A stretch of 58,894 bases of DNA, filler included. It is 5 parts of 5 records of this genome, joined end to end, with 100 filler letters (N's around TTAATTAATTAA, not from the genome) between each part and the next. Parts side by side here need not be neighbours in the genome. Positions count along the whole stretch, not along the records: positions 17,430 to 31,742 come from SRR20825010_7290; positions 31,843 to 55,453 come from SRR20825010_7298; 3 more parts are not named here. One strand, 5' to 3'. The position numbers were made by a program, and so were the translations under genes. The notes below the pieces were generated by a model. It did not search any database. It had not been told where the DNA came from and saw only the letters and a list, made by a program, of their open reading frames with translations. Below are positions 29,405-40,241 of this stretch, one piece after another (position 1 is the stretch's first letter; every line of letters begins with the position of its first letter).

Positions 29405-30319
29405 TCAATGGTTTGACCGACCGCTCAATGCAGGTATCTCCTGAAATTTCTCCTCAAGAAACGCCTTGAACAATCGGACACGTGGCGGCTCGATGCGCGC
29501 AGGAGGACGAACGGCGTAGACGTTCCATTCGGTCAGGACCGTATAATCGTCGAGCACCCTGACCAGTCGCCCGGACGACAGATACTCCGCGATTTCCCAT
29601 GTGCACTTTCGTGCAATGCCGACGCCCGCGAGCGCGGCTTCCGTTACAGCCTCCGCCAGATTGGAGGCAAAACGGCCGTTCACCTTTACCTCGGTGACCG
29701 AGCCGTCCGACCGCCGCAGGGACCAGGTCCGCAGGTCTCCCCGAATGACGCATTCATGCTTGCTTAGCTCTTCTTCGTCGCGGGGCGTTCCCGCCCGCTC
29801 AAGGTACGAAGGTGCTGCAACCAGAATCCGGGGGCTTTCCGCGAGCTTGCGGGCTTTGAGGGTCGACGGCGACAGGTTTCCAAGGCGGATCGCGAGGTCG
29901 TAACCATTCTCCACAATGTCGAAAGACCCGTCGCTCAGATGAAGCTGAACGGATACATTCGGGTTCTGCTCGAGAAATTCGCCTATATAAGGCGCGATAT
30001 ACTTCCGGCCGAAGGAAGCTGGACCGGCAACCCGGAGTTTCCCCTGAACAGTCTGGGGACATGCCTGTACATCCGACACGGCATCTTCCAGGCTCTCAAG
30101 AATGCGCTCCGCATGCGCAAAGAATATCTCACCGTCTGACGATAAAGAGACGGACCGCGTGGAACGGTGCAAAAGCTGCGTGCCGATGGACGCTTCCAGG
30201 GCCTGAATCCGCTGGGTCGCCGCCGTGGGAGAAAGGCCAAATTCCAAACCGGCTTTGCCGATCGCGCCCAGCTTGGCGACCTTGACGAAAAGCTCGAGAG
30301 ATTTCAGGTCTTTGATCAT
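29405..30319 (-). CDS. LysR-family regulator (CrgA/DmlR-like), here LysR2
   Basis: HTH TQRIQALE..LLHRSTRSVSLS, ENGYDLAIRLG and PRVRLF. Divergent from the cupin gene. Confidence 0.93.
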   Translation of the reverse strand: MIKDLKSLELFVKVAKLGAIGKAGLEFGLSPTAATQRIQALEASIGTQLLHRSTRSVSLSSDGEIFFAHAERILESLEDAVSDVQACPQTVQGKLRVAGPASFGRKYIAPYIGEFLEQNPNVSVQLHLSDGSFDIVENGYDLAIRLGNLSPSTLKARKLAESPRILVAAPSYLERAGTPRDEEELSKHECVIRGDLRTWSLRRSDGSVTEVKVNGRFASNLAEAVTEAALAGVGIARKCTWEIAEYLSSGRLVRVLDDYTVLTEWNVYAVRPPARIEPPRVRLFKAFLEEKFQEIPALSGRSNH

Positions 30320-30439
30320 TATTTGCTTCAGACAAATAGAGTTTTTTAAATTCTCCCCATTATATCGCCTGAAACGAACACTAACTCAAGCCCTGTCCGC
30401 CACAGGATCGCTCGCGTTCACACAGAATTGGAACCCCCG

Positions 30440-31288
30440 ATGAAATCAGGAAAAGCCTTGCTCGCATGCGCCATGGCCGTGCTTGCCGTTACAAGTCCAG
30501 CCGTCGCCGCCGGTGGAATTGACGCCATTTGGGAGGCTGCTTTGACCTATCAGCCGCTCAACCCCGCACGCGGCGATGCCAGCCCGCAAGCCGGAGTCCT
30601 CTGGGGGGACCTGCATGCCGATACGCCGACTGGCGCGATCATCAAGTTCAAGCCAGGTTTTTCATCACCGCCGCACATTCACAACATCACCTATCGGGCG
30701 ATTGTGATTGAAGGCGCGGTGCATAACGACGATCCGGATGCAAAAGCGATGTGGATGGGTCCCGGATCTTTCTGGACCCAGCCAGCCGGTGAAAACCATA
30801 TTACCTCAGCCATTGCCGGCGACGGGGCGACGATCTTCCTGGAAACCCTCGCGGGACCGTATCTGGTGCAGCCTTCAGAGGAAGCCTTCGACAATGGGGA
30901 AAGGCCGATCAATGTCGATGCTGGCAATGTTTTCTGGCTGAATGCGGAAGATATTACCTGGGCATCGGTCGGGACAGACAAAGCGCCGGGCGCAGAGCTA
31001 GCGTTCCTTTGGGGATCTTTGAAGGACAACACAAGGAACGGCACATTCCTGAAGATTTCCGCCGGAACCAGCGGTCAACTGCAAGATAACGGATCGCAAC
31101 TTCACGCGGTTCTGATCAAAGGATCTGTCTCTTATACCAGGAACGGTACCGAGGCTGATAATCCGCTGCTTCCCGGGAGCTATTTCAACTCCAAGGAAGG
31201 TATGACGCACCAGATTGCCTGCGACGAAATGGCAGACTGCGTGTTCTATATCAGCACGGAAGGACGCTACGCGTTCTCGTCCCGGTAA
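30440..31288 (+). CDS. Exported DUF4437-like cupin-fold protein
   Basis: Signal peptide (AVAAG), LNPARGDASPQAGVLWGD, SPPHIHNITYRAIVIEG and GSFWTQPAGENH with cupin His residues. Confidence 0.8.
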   Translation: MKSGKALLACAMAVLAVTSPAVAAGGIDAIWEAALTYQPLNPARGDASPQAGVLWGDLHADTPTGAIIKFKPGFSSPPHIHNITYRAIVIEGAVHNDDPDAKAMWMGPGSFWTQPAGENHITSAIAGDGATIFLETLAGPYLVQPSEEAFDNGERPINVDAGNVFWLNAEDITWASVGTDKAPGAELAFLWGSLKDNTRNGTFLKISAGTSGQLQDNGSQLHAVLIKGSVSYTRNGTEADNPLLPGSYFNSKEGMTHQIACDEMADCVFYISTEGRYAFSSR

Positions 31289-31311
31289 CGCCACAGGCCA
31301 CCGGCGCATCA

Positions 31312-31339
31312 GGCGGCCACGTTACGTTACGTGGCCGCC
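31312..31339 (+). terminator. 11-bp hairpin downstream of the cupin gene
   Basis: GGCGGCCACGT-TACGTT-ACGTGGCCGCC; weak T tract. Confidence 0.55.
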
Positions 31340-31402
31340 GCTTTCACGAAGAGACGAGTGCCGTCTGTGTCCATCACATTATGTCCAAAACACGAAAACT
31401 GA
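31327..31402 (-). pseudogene. 5' stub and promoter of a LysR1 homologue
   Basis: 31374->31327 encodes MDTDGTRLFVKAAAT*, versus LysR1 MDTEGIRLFVKAADML. The upstream 28 nt match 29155-29182 at 26/28. Confidence 0.85.
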
Positions 31403-31577
31403 CCGAAACAGCATCAGCTTTCAATGGAGCAAACAAGTAAATTGAACCGGCCACGTGCCCGGGAGAAATCAGCAGCCAGATAAAACCCAGGCTGCCCCGA
31501 TCGTCGTTGGCAGGGAAATTCAGCTGGTCTATGGATTACGGACGGGCGCTCCGATACACCGATTTCCCCGTTAGGAC

Positions 31578-31742
31578 ATGGCCATGAAGTTCCGCTTTCC
31601 CGTCGTCATCATCGACGAAGATTTTCGCTCCGAAAATTCTTCAGGCCTCGGCATTCGCGCCATTGCGCAAGCCATCGAAACCGAAGGCTTTGAAGTGCTG
31701 GGGGCGACCACTTACGGCGACCTGTCGCAATTCGCCCAGCAG
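31578..31742 (+). CDS. Orn/Lys/Arg decarboxylase, N-terminal wing domain (3' truncated)
   Basis: MKFRFPVVIIDEDFRSENSSGLGIRAIAQAIE..G..V.G.T.YGDL..FAQQ matches the recalled N-terminus of LdcA-type decarboxylases. Confidence 0.8.
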
Positions 31743-31842
31743 NNNNNNNNNNNNNNNNNNNNNNNNNNNNNNNNNNNNNNNNNNNNTTAATTAATTAANN
31801 NNNNNNNNNNNNNNNNNNNNNNNNNNNNNNNNNNNNNNNNNN
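31743..31842. other. Artificial contig linker
   Basis: N44-TTAATTAATTAA-N44. Confidence 0.98.
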
Positions 31843-32529
31843 GATGTGGTCAATCGCCTGCATGGCGAAGTTAAACGTCATGAACTCGATTACAGGCTTA
31901 AGGCCAGCAAACGCTGCGCCAGCACCAAGGCCGGCAAAACCATGCTCAGTGATTGGCGTGTCGATAACGCGCTCTGAGCCAAATTCGTCAAGCAGGCCCT
32001 GAGTTACCTTATAGGCGCCCTGATATTCTGCCACCTCTTCGCCCATCACAAAAACGTCGCCGTCTTTGCGCATTTCCTCAGCCATGGCATCGCGCAGCGC
32101 TTCACGCACGGTCAGCTTCACCATGTTCGTGCCTGATGGTATTTCAGGGTCTTTGAGATTTTCCGCGCTGGCAACAGCGCCCGCAAAAACGGTTTCCTGC
32201 TCGTCAGGGTCCTCTTTCGGTGCTTTAGGTGCTTCTTTGGATTTTTCTTCAGGCTTTTTGGACACGCTAATATCGTCCGCGTCCTCGCCTTCCTCAGCAA
32301 CAACCGCGATGAGTTCGCCAACAGGCACATCATCCGTGCCCTCAGCGATCACAAGTTTCGCGATAACGCCGTCATCAACGGCTTCTACTTCCATTGTCGC
32401 CTTGTCTGTCTCGATTTCCGCGATTACGTCGCCGGATTCGATGCTATCGCCCTCTTTGACGAGCCATTTTGCGAGTGTGCCCTTTTCCATAGTGGGAGAC
32501 AGGGCCGGCATGGTGATTTCAATTGCCAT
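31843..32529 (-). CDS. pdhB: Pyruvate dehydrogenase E1 beta with N-terminal lipoyl domain (3' truncated)
   Basis: MPALSPTM, lipoyl site [18 protein letters not shown] and DTPITE. Confidence 0.96.
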
Positions 32530-32543
32530 GGTTGGATGCTCCC

Positions 32544-33575
32544 TTACGCCAGCACATCAGTATAAAGTTCAGAAAGCTCAGGTTCAGGCGAATCTGTTGC
32601 AAATGTTGCAGCGTCAGCCACAATTGCCTTGAGTTCTTTATCAAGGTCCTTGAGCGCCGCTTCATCCATGAGACCAGCATCAAGAATGCGCTGTTTTACC
32701 TGATCGATAGCGTCATGCTCAGCCCGCATTTTCTGAACTTCTTCTTTGGAGCGATATTTTGCCGGGTCCGACATGGAGTGGCCACGGTAACGGTATGTTT
32801 TCATTTCAAGAATGAATGGACCTTTACCTTCGCGGCAATGCGCCACGGCTTCATCCATCGCTGCCCGCACTTCCAGCACATTCATGCCGTCAACTTGTTT
32901 GCCAGGAATTTTAAAGCTTTCACCGCGACGATGCAGCTCAATCTGTGAAGAAGACCTGCTAACGCTGGTTCCCATGGCGTACTGGTTGTTCTCAATGATA
33001 TAGATCACTGGCAAATCCCAGATACGGGCCATGTTAAAGCTCTCGTACACTTGGCCCTGATTTGCTGCGCCGTCGCCAAAATAGGCAACCGATACGTTGT
33101 CTGTCTTGCGGTATTTGGCTGCGAACCCGAGGCCTGTGCCCAGTGAGACTTGCGCGCCAACAATGCCATGACCACCGTAGAACCCACGATCCGGGTCAAA
33201 CATATGCATTGAACCGCCTTTACCGCGTGAGCAACCCCCAGAACGTCCGGTCAGTTCCGCCATCACTGCTTTCGGGTCAGCCCCTGCCGCAATCATATGG
33301 CCGTGCTCCCGGTAGCCCGTAATAACGGAGTCGCCGTCTTTCAATGCAGTCTGAATACCCACCACAACGGCTTCTTGACCAATGTACAGGTGGCAAAAAC
33401 CACCAATCAAGCCCATGCCATACATCTGGCCAGCTTTTTCTTCAAACCGGCGGATCAACAGCATTTGGCGGTATAGTTCAATGAGTTCGTCGTTCGACGC
33501 ATCATAGAGCGCCGGACCAGTATTGCGGCGACGACTTGCTGCCGTCGACTTCTTGGTAGTCTTTTTTGTAGTCAT
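32544..33575 (-). CDS. pdhA: Pyruvate dehydrogenase E1 alpha
   Basis: [27 protein letters not shown] and [11 protein letters not shown]. Confidence 0.97.
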   Translation of the reverse strand: MTTKKTTKKSTAASRRRNTGPALYDASNDELIELYRQMLLIRRFEEKAGQMYGMGLIGGFCHLYIGQEAVVVGIQTALKDGDSVITGYREHGHMIAAGADPKAVMAELTGRSGGCSRGKGGSMHMFDPDRGFYGGHGIVGAQVSLGTGLGFAAKYRKTDNVSVAYFGDGAANQGQVYESFNMARIWDLPVIYIIENNQYAMGTSVSRSSSQIELHRRGESFKIPGKQVDGMNVLEVRAAMDEAVAHCREGKGPFILEMKTYRYRGHSMSDPAKYRSKEEVQKMRAEHDAIDQVKQRILDAGLMDEAALKDLDKELKAIVADAATFATDSPEPELSELYTDVLA

Positions 33576-33670
33576 ATCGGCCTTCCAGAAAAGGTCGTGG
33601 GCGGGGTGCCCATCGCGCTAGCGTGTATGGGTAATGGATAACGCCGTTTCATGGAATTTGCAATAGTATA

Positions 33671-33683
33671 TAACTTATTGATA
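33671..33683 (-). promoter_or_regulatory. IHF-consensus site upstream of pdhA
   Basis: TAACTTATTGATA is the reverse complement of WATCAANNNNTTR, within an AT-rich tract. Confidence 0.45.
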
Positions 33684-33723
33684 TTTAAGGATAAATATTA
33701 ATTAACTTAATATATGTTAATTA

Positions 33724-34041
33724 TCAATCAACTGAAATGAAAACCACTACTTCGTCGGGATGAGTAAAGCCAAGACGTAACCTTACCTGCTCTTCCAGCA
33801 TGTCCGGATCAATTGTACTTCCTGAAAGCTTATGTGTGCGAGCCTCAAGTGCTTCGCGCACCTCCGCAACTTTACGGGCTTGCGTCGCAAGTTCTTGTTC
33901 CTGCACCTCAAGGCGCTTCAAAGCAGCGATGCTGCTATCACCCTGAAAGGCATGAAAGGCAAAGTAGCCGAACAAAAACAGCCACACACCAGCAAGCCAC
34001 GCCTGCCCCAGATACCTTGATATTCTTCCGAATCGCTTCAT
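33724..34041 (-). CDS. ftsB: Septum formation initiator / FtsB (DivIC family)
   Basis: One TM helix, a coiled coil, and DPDMLEEQVRLRLG..PDE. Conserved position between eno and pdhA. Confidence 0.88.
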   Translation of the reverse strand: MKRFGRISRYLGQAWLAGVWLFLFGYFAFHAFQGDSSIAALKRLEVQEQELATQARKVAEVREALEARTHKLSGSTIDPDMLEEQVRLRLGFTHPDEVVVFISVD

Positions 34042-34166
34042 GATTCGAATCATCTCACAGCCGAATCGCACAGGCAAGCAAAAACGCACCGAAAATTAAA
34101 GTTTTTGGCGCGCTTAAAATGCCGAACGTAGCCCCCGCTTTGCGGGCGCCACGTTGCTATAATTAC

Positions 34167-35459
<1,293 letters not shown>

Positions 35460-35588
35460 TCAAATGGAGAAACAAGAAATTTAGGGCGGATTGTTACCCT
35501 TTCCAAACGCAACGCGCAAGGTTTCGACGCAGTAAAGCTGGAAAAACGTAAACCTGCTGATAAAGTCCCCCTGAGGGGGAGAAACATT

Positions 35589-37121
35589 ATGAATGTATTG
35601 TCGAGATATGGGCTTGCCGGTGTGCTGGCACTCACTGCCACAGTCAATGTTGCGGCGGCTTCAGATAAGCTGAAAGCCTACATCAACGACAACGCTCATA
35701 GGATCGTCAATGACTTTCGGGAGTTCCTGTCCCTGCCCAATGTCTCTGACAACGTGGATGACATGCATGAAAATGCGCGTTGGATAACGGAGTATATCAA
35801 GGCCCGCGGCTTTACATCAGAGACAGTTAGCGCTGGCGGAGCCCCCTACATTATCGCTGAAAAGAAAACGCCAGGTGCTTCGAAAACAATTCTCATCTAC
35901 GCCCACTTTGACGGGCAACCCGTAGCACCTCAGAATTGGGCAAGCCCACCGTTTGAAGCAACACTTCGGGATGGATTGGTTGAAACAGGCGGAAACATTG
36001 TTGATTGGCCAGATAGTGCGCAGGCATTTGATCCTGAATGGCGTATTTTTGCCCGCTCTGCCGGTGACGACAAAGCTCCCGTTATTGCCCTCATGGCGGC
36101 GATTGATGCACTTGACGAAGCGGGCCTTGCCCCAGGCGTCAACATCAAGCTGATATTGGATGGCGAGGAAGAGGCAGGCTCCCCTACCCTTCGGCAAATA
36201 CTCGACACACACGCTGACAAACTGTCATCAGACCTCCTGTTGTTCTGTGACGGGCCAATGCATCAAAGCAGACAGCGCCAACTCGTTTTTGGTGTCCGCG
36301 GTGCCATGACCGTTCACCTAACCGCCTTTGGGCCGAAACGACCACTCCATAGCGGCCACTATGGCAACTGGGCGCCCAACCCAAATGACCGCCTTGTTCA
36401 TCTGTTAGCCAAGATGAAAGATGAAGAAGCTCGTATTCTGGTTCCCGGTTACCTGGATAATGTGCGGCCGATCTCTGCTGTAGAGCAAGCAGCTATCGAC
36501 GCCCTTCCCCAAATGGATGAAGCTTTACGCAATGAGCTCGCCTTAGGGGACACAGACGGGGACGGAAAGAGGCTTGAAGAGCTGATCATGTCACCCGCCA
36601 TCGTTGTGAAGGGCTTTGATGGCGGCGGTACAGGAAGCAAATCCAGAAACATTATAATGCCGCAGGCGACAGCGTCGCTGAACCTCCGCTTGGTACCGGA
36701 TCAGACGCCGGAGAGTGTGAAAAAGGCTCTGAACACTTTTTTTGAATCTGAAGGTTACTGGCTAACAAATAGAGAGCCGAGCGATGAAGAACTCAGGCAA
36801 CATGAGAAGGTTCTGAAGGTTGATTGGGTGGATGGTGGTTATGGCGCGTTTCGCAGTGACCTTAACAGCCCGATAGCGCGTAAGCTCATCTCAATCCTGA
36901 ATGATATTGACCAGAAACCGACCCTGTTGACACCGACCATGGGCGGTAGCCTACCCATCTACCTGTTTGAGGAAGCGCTTGAGGCCCCTATCATTCTGCT
37001 GCCCATCGCTAACCATGATAATAATCAACATGGACGGAATGAGAACCTGAGGCTCCAAAACCTTTGGGATGCTATTGAGATATATGCCACAATTCTGACC
37101 AACTTCGGGCGAGATGATTAG
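35589..37121 (+). CDS. Exported M20/M25/M40 family metallopeptidase
   Basis: Signal peptide; metal-ligand motifs HFDGQP, GDDKAP, DGEEEAGS, HSGHYGN and NQH. Confidence 0.88.
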   Translation: MNVLSRYGLAGVLALTATVNVAAASDKLKAYINDNAHRIVNDFREFLSLPNVSDNVDDMHENARWITEYIKARGFTSETVSAGGAPYIIAEKKTPGASKTILIYAHFDGQPVAPQNWASPPFEATLRDGLVETGGNIVDWPDSAQAFDPEWRIFARSAGDDKAPVIALMAAIDALDEAGLAPGVNIKLILDGEEEAGSPTLRQILDTHADKLSSDLLLFCDGPMHQSRQRQLVFGVRGAMTVHLTAFGPKRPLHSGHYGNWAPNPNDRLVHLLAKMKDEEARILVPGYLDNVRPISAVEQAAIDALPQMDEALRNELALGDTDGDGKRLEELIMSPAIVVKGFDGGGTGSKSRNIIMPQATASLNLRLVPDQTPESVKKALNTFFESEGYWLTNREPSDEELRQHEKVLKVDWVDGGYGAFRSDLNSPIARKLISILNDIDQKPTLLTPTMGGSLPIYLFEEALEAPIILLPIANHDNNQHGRNENLRLQNLWDAIEIYATILTNFGRDD

Positions 37122-37906
37122 AGATCGTAGTTGTCTTCGAGCGCATAAAAGAGCGCCCTTATTCTCGACGTAAAACTGGCGGGCAGATTGAGGTTCATCC
37201 CCTTTTGCATGAGCAATATTTCGGCTTTAAGGCTCGATAACGCACCGCGCTTTTCTTTGCCTTCAGGCTGGTTCACTAACCGGATCTCGCCTTCGCTGAG
37301 AAGAGATTCAAGTCTCGGCAAGGTCCACATAGGGAAGGTTTCGGAAAAATCACGCAGGTCCGTTAACGCATCATTGAGATCCCGCCAAGGCATGGTTCCA
37401 CCAAGAACCCGCAGCTCTGTCACTCTCATCTGCAGCCGTGCGCTTTCGCTTTGGTCGCCACGCACAAATGCATATGCTCTTGCTGCGGCAAAGAACCTGC
37501 TGGATTCTTCATACTCGCCTACCATGGCAGCCGCGTGTGCCGCCTCAATGTTAAGGCCAAGCACAAATGCCGGGGAAACACTCGAATTCGCCTGGATCGC
37601 TTGTTGCCATGCTGGAACGGCACGGCGCTTATCCCTCTCCGCGCTGGCGCTGCGGGCGCGCAGGAGAGCGAGCTGCGGCACAAGCTGGTTGCCAATACCG
37701 TGATACTCGAGAAGCTGCAACCAAACTCGCTCAACGCTCTTATCGATACGCTCAAGGGTCGCCTCATCCCGCTCATTAGCAAATTCAGCAACCATGGCCT
37801 GCGCATTCTGAAGAGCCTCAGCGGCTCGCTCTTCATCAGTCGCTCCATAGCTTGGCCCTACCAAAAGCAACACTGCTGATAGAGTGAGCAAAATTTGACG
37901 AATCAT
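37118..37906 (-). CDS. Hypothetical exported all-alpha protein
   Basis: ATG 37906 with AAGGGA upstream; signal peptide (PSYGA); helical, possibly TPR-like composition. Confidence 0.65.
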   Translation of the reverse strand: MIRQILLTLSAVLLLVGPSYGATDEERAAEALQNAQAMVAEFANERDEATLERIDKSVERVWLQLLEYHGIGNQLVPQLALLRARSASAERDKRRAVPAWQQAIQANSSVSPAFVLGLNIEAAHAAAMVGEYEESSRFFAAARAYAFVRGDQSESARLQMRVTELRVLGGTMPWRDLNDALTDLRDFSETFPMWTLPRLESLLSEGEIRLVNQPEGKEKRGALSSLKAEILLMQKGMNLNLPASFTSRIRALFYALEDNYDL

Positions 37907-37983
37907 AACAAGCGTTCCCTTGTCAATTTGGGCCATATAGGCACATTTTACCGTTTTTAAGTCTCTGGGCACACTGAAATGCA

Positions 37984-38008
37984 AAAAGGAGGCCGAAAGC
38001 CTCCTTTT
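37984..38008 (-). terminator. Rho-independent terminator of pyrG
   Basis: AAAAGGAGGC-CGAAA-GCCTCCTTTT; T runs on both strands. Confidence 0.85.
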
Positions 38009-38033
38009 CAATAAAATCAGATATTTAGTTAGT

Positions 38034-39665
38034 CTAGACCAACCGGCTTTGTTGAAGCGCCGCTTCAACAAAGCTCGCAAACAATGGATGCGGGTCAAAT
38101 GGTTTTGACTTGAGTTCAGGATGATACTGAACACCGATAAACCAAGGGTGACCTGGGATTTCCATGATTTCAGGTAAGTCGCCATCGGGTGACATACCCG
38201 AGAAGAGTACACCAGCGTCTTCGAGTTGTTTTACATAACCGATATTGACCTCGTAGCGGTGCCGGTGACGCTCAGATATCTCGGTCTTCCCATAAATATC
38301 CGCAACACGGGAGCCTTCCTTAAGGCAGGCATCATATGCGCCAAGGCGCATTGTACCGCCAAGGTCTGTATCTTCCGTACGGGTTTCAACACTGCCATCC
38401 TCGCGCACCCATTCGGTGATCAAGCCAACAACCGGGTTCTTCTGTTCTTCGAACTCAGTCGAACCTGCATCTGTAATGCCAGCAAGATTCCTTGCAGCTT
38501 CAATCGTCGCCATCTGCATACCAAGACAGATGCCAAAGTATGGAATATTGCGCTCCCGTGCAAAACGCGCCGCTGCGATCTTGCCTTCCGTACCGCGCTT
38601 GCCAAACCCGCCAGGAACAAGGATCGCATGAACGTTCTCAAGTCGGGACATTGCATCGTCACGCTCAAACACCTCCGATTCAAACCACTCAATATTCACT
38701 TTCACTCTGTTGGCAATGCCACCATGGATGATAGCTTCGTTGAGTGACTTGTAAGCATCCTTCAGGCCTGTGTATTTGCCCACAACAGCAATAGTCACCT
38801 CGCCTTCAGGGTTCTTGATACGATCGACAATATCTTCCCACGGCCCAAGATCAGGCTTTTGAGAGTGCGCGAGCCCAAAGGCCTTCAACACTTCAATATC
38901 CAGACCTTCTTTGTGGTAGGAAATCGGAACTTCGTAAATTGTGCCTACGTCAAGCGCTGGGATCACAGCCGTTTCAGAAACATTGCAATAAAGCGACATC
39001 TTGCGGCGCTCACCATCCGGGATCGGGTGCTCAGACCGGCAAACAAGAATGTCTGGCTGAATACCTATAGAGCGTAAATCCCGCACGCTGTGCTGGGTTG
39101 GTTTCGTTTTCAACTCACCCGCCGCCGCAAGATAAGGCACAAGAGTAAGGTGAACGAAGATTGACCGGCCCTTACCCAACTCAATGGACAGTTGGCGAAT
39201 CGCCTCCATAAAAGGCGCCGCTTCGATATCACCAGCGGTTCCGCCAATTTCGCACAGCATAAAGTCAATACCGTCCTGCTCGGCCAACGCAAATTCTTTG
39301 ATCGCATCTGTCACATGCGGAATTACCTGAACCGTACCACCCAGATAATCGCCACGACGTTCCCGCTGAATGATCTGCTGATAAATACGACCTGAAGTAA
39401 TATTGTCGCTTTGACGTGAAGCTACACCGGTAAACCGTTCGTAGTGACCAAGATCCAGATCTGTCTCCGCACCGTCGTCTGTCACATAGACTTCACCGTG
39501 TTGGTAAGGGCTCATGGTGCCCGGATCGACGTTCAGGTAGGGGTCCAGTTTTCGCAACCGAACAGAATATCCCCTCGCCTGCAGCAACGCGCCAAGCGAC
39601 GCGGACAACAAACCCTTGCCCAAAGAACTAACCACACCACCGGTGATAAAAATATAACGCGTCAT
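38034..39665 (-). CDS. pyrG: CTP synthase
   Basis: [47 protein letters not shown] and QYHPE. Confidence 0.98.
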   Translation of the reverse strand: MTRYIFITGGVVSSLGKGLLSASLGALLQARGYSVRLRKLDPYLNVDPGTMSPYQHGEVYVTDDGAETDLDLGHYERFTGVASRQSDNITSGRIYQQIIQRERRGDYLGGTVQVIPHVTDAIKEFALAEQDGIDFMLCEIGGTAGDIEAAPFMEAIRQLSIELGKGRSIFVHLTLVPYLAAAGELKTKPTQHSVRDLRSIGIQPDILVCRSEHPIPDGERRKMSLYCNVSETAVIPALDVGTIYEVPISYHKEGLDIEVLKAFGLAHSQKPDLGPWEDIVDRIKNPEGEVTIAVVGKYTGLKDAYKSLNEAIIHGGIANRVKVNIEWFESEVFERDDAMSRLENVHAILVPGGFGKRGTEGKIAAARFARERNIPYFGICLGMQMATIEAARNLAGITDAGSTEFEEQKNPVVGLITEWVREDGSVETRTEDTDLGGTMRLGAYDACLKEGSRVADIYGKTEISERHRHRYEVNIGYVKQLEDAGVLFSGMSPDGDLPEIMEIPGHPWFIGVQYHPELKSKPFDPHPLFASFVEAALQQSRLV

Positions 39666-39751
39666 GAAGCCTCTCTAATATTCAAAAAGCACACAGCGAT
39701 CCATCGGCCAGGGCCGGGATAAATCAATTTGATACTTGCTTACACAAAGAG

Positions 39752-39778
39752 AAGCGGGGGCTCTTGGCCCCCGCTTTG
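39752..39778 (-). terminator. Terminator hairpin after secG
   Basis: AAGCGGGGGC-TCTTG-GCCCCCGCTT. Confidence 0.75.
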
Positions 39779-39785
39779 AAGTCTC

Positions 39786-40109
39786 TTAACCCTCGCCGTC
39801 CTCTGGAACGGCTGGTAATTCAGGCAGTTGGCTATCCTCTTGCTGGGTCTGTTCGACGGCTGCGTCAAGCACCGCATCATCACCGCGTTTGTTTGCTGCG
39901 AACCACCCCAGAAGAAGCGAATTTGCCAGAAACACAATGGCGAGCCACTTCGTGGTCTTTGTCAGCAGGTTACCAGCACCGCGTGCCGTCATCATGCCGC
40001 CTTGTCCACCACCAATACCAAGAGCCCCACCCTCAGAGCGCTGCAATAGAATGACAGCGACCAAAGCGATGGCGACAATCAGGTGAATGCTCAGTAATAC
40101 GGTTTCCAT
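39786..40109 (-). CDS. secG: Preprotein translocase subunit SecG
   Basis: ILLQRSEGGALG..RGAGNLLTKTT and two TM helices. Confidence 0.95.
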   Translation of the reverse strand: METVLLSIHLIVAIALVAVILLQRSEGGALGIGGGQGGMMTARGAGNLLTKTTKWLAIVFLANSLLLGWFAANKRGDDAVLDAAVEQTQQEDSQLPELPAVPEDGEG

Positions 40110-40241
40110 TTAACCTGTCCTACAAACTCGTTTGCCTAAGCTAACTGATAAAACAATTATCGTCAGCTATTCAAAGCGCGGTTTCTATCTCATGACGATA
40201 GCCTTTGCCAAGCCCAAATTACAGCGCAAGGCGATAATACT

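Noticed and set aside
31843..32529. Lipoyl domain fused to PDH E1 beta as a novel fusion
   Set aside because: This is the usual architecture in many Alphaproteobacteria.
33685..33720. Possible CtrA boxes (TTAA-N7-TTAA) near ftsB/pdhA
   Set aside because: None of the TTAA pairs has 7-nt spacing (starts at 33685, 33698, 33702, 33707, 33717).
37907..38212. N-terminal extension of the hypothetical ORF overlapping pyrG (364-aa version)
   Set aside because: It spans the pyrG terminator. A better start with SD and signal peptide is at 37906.
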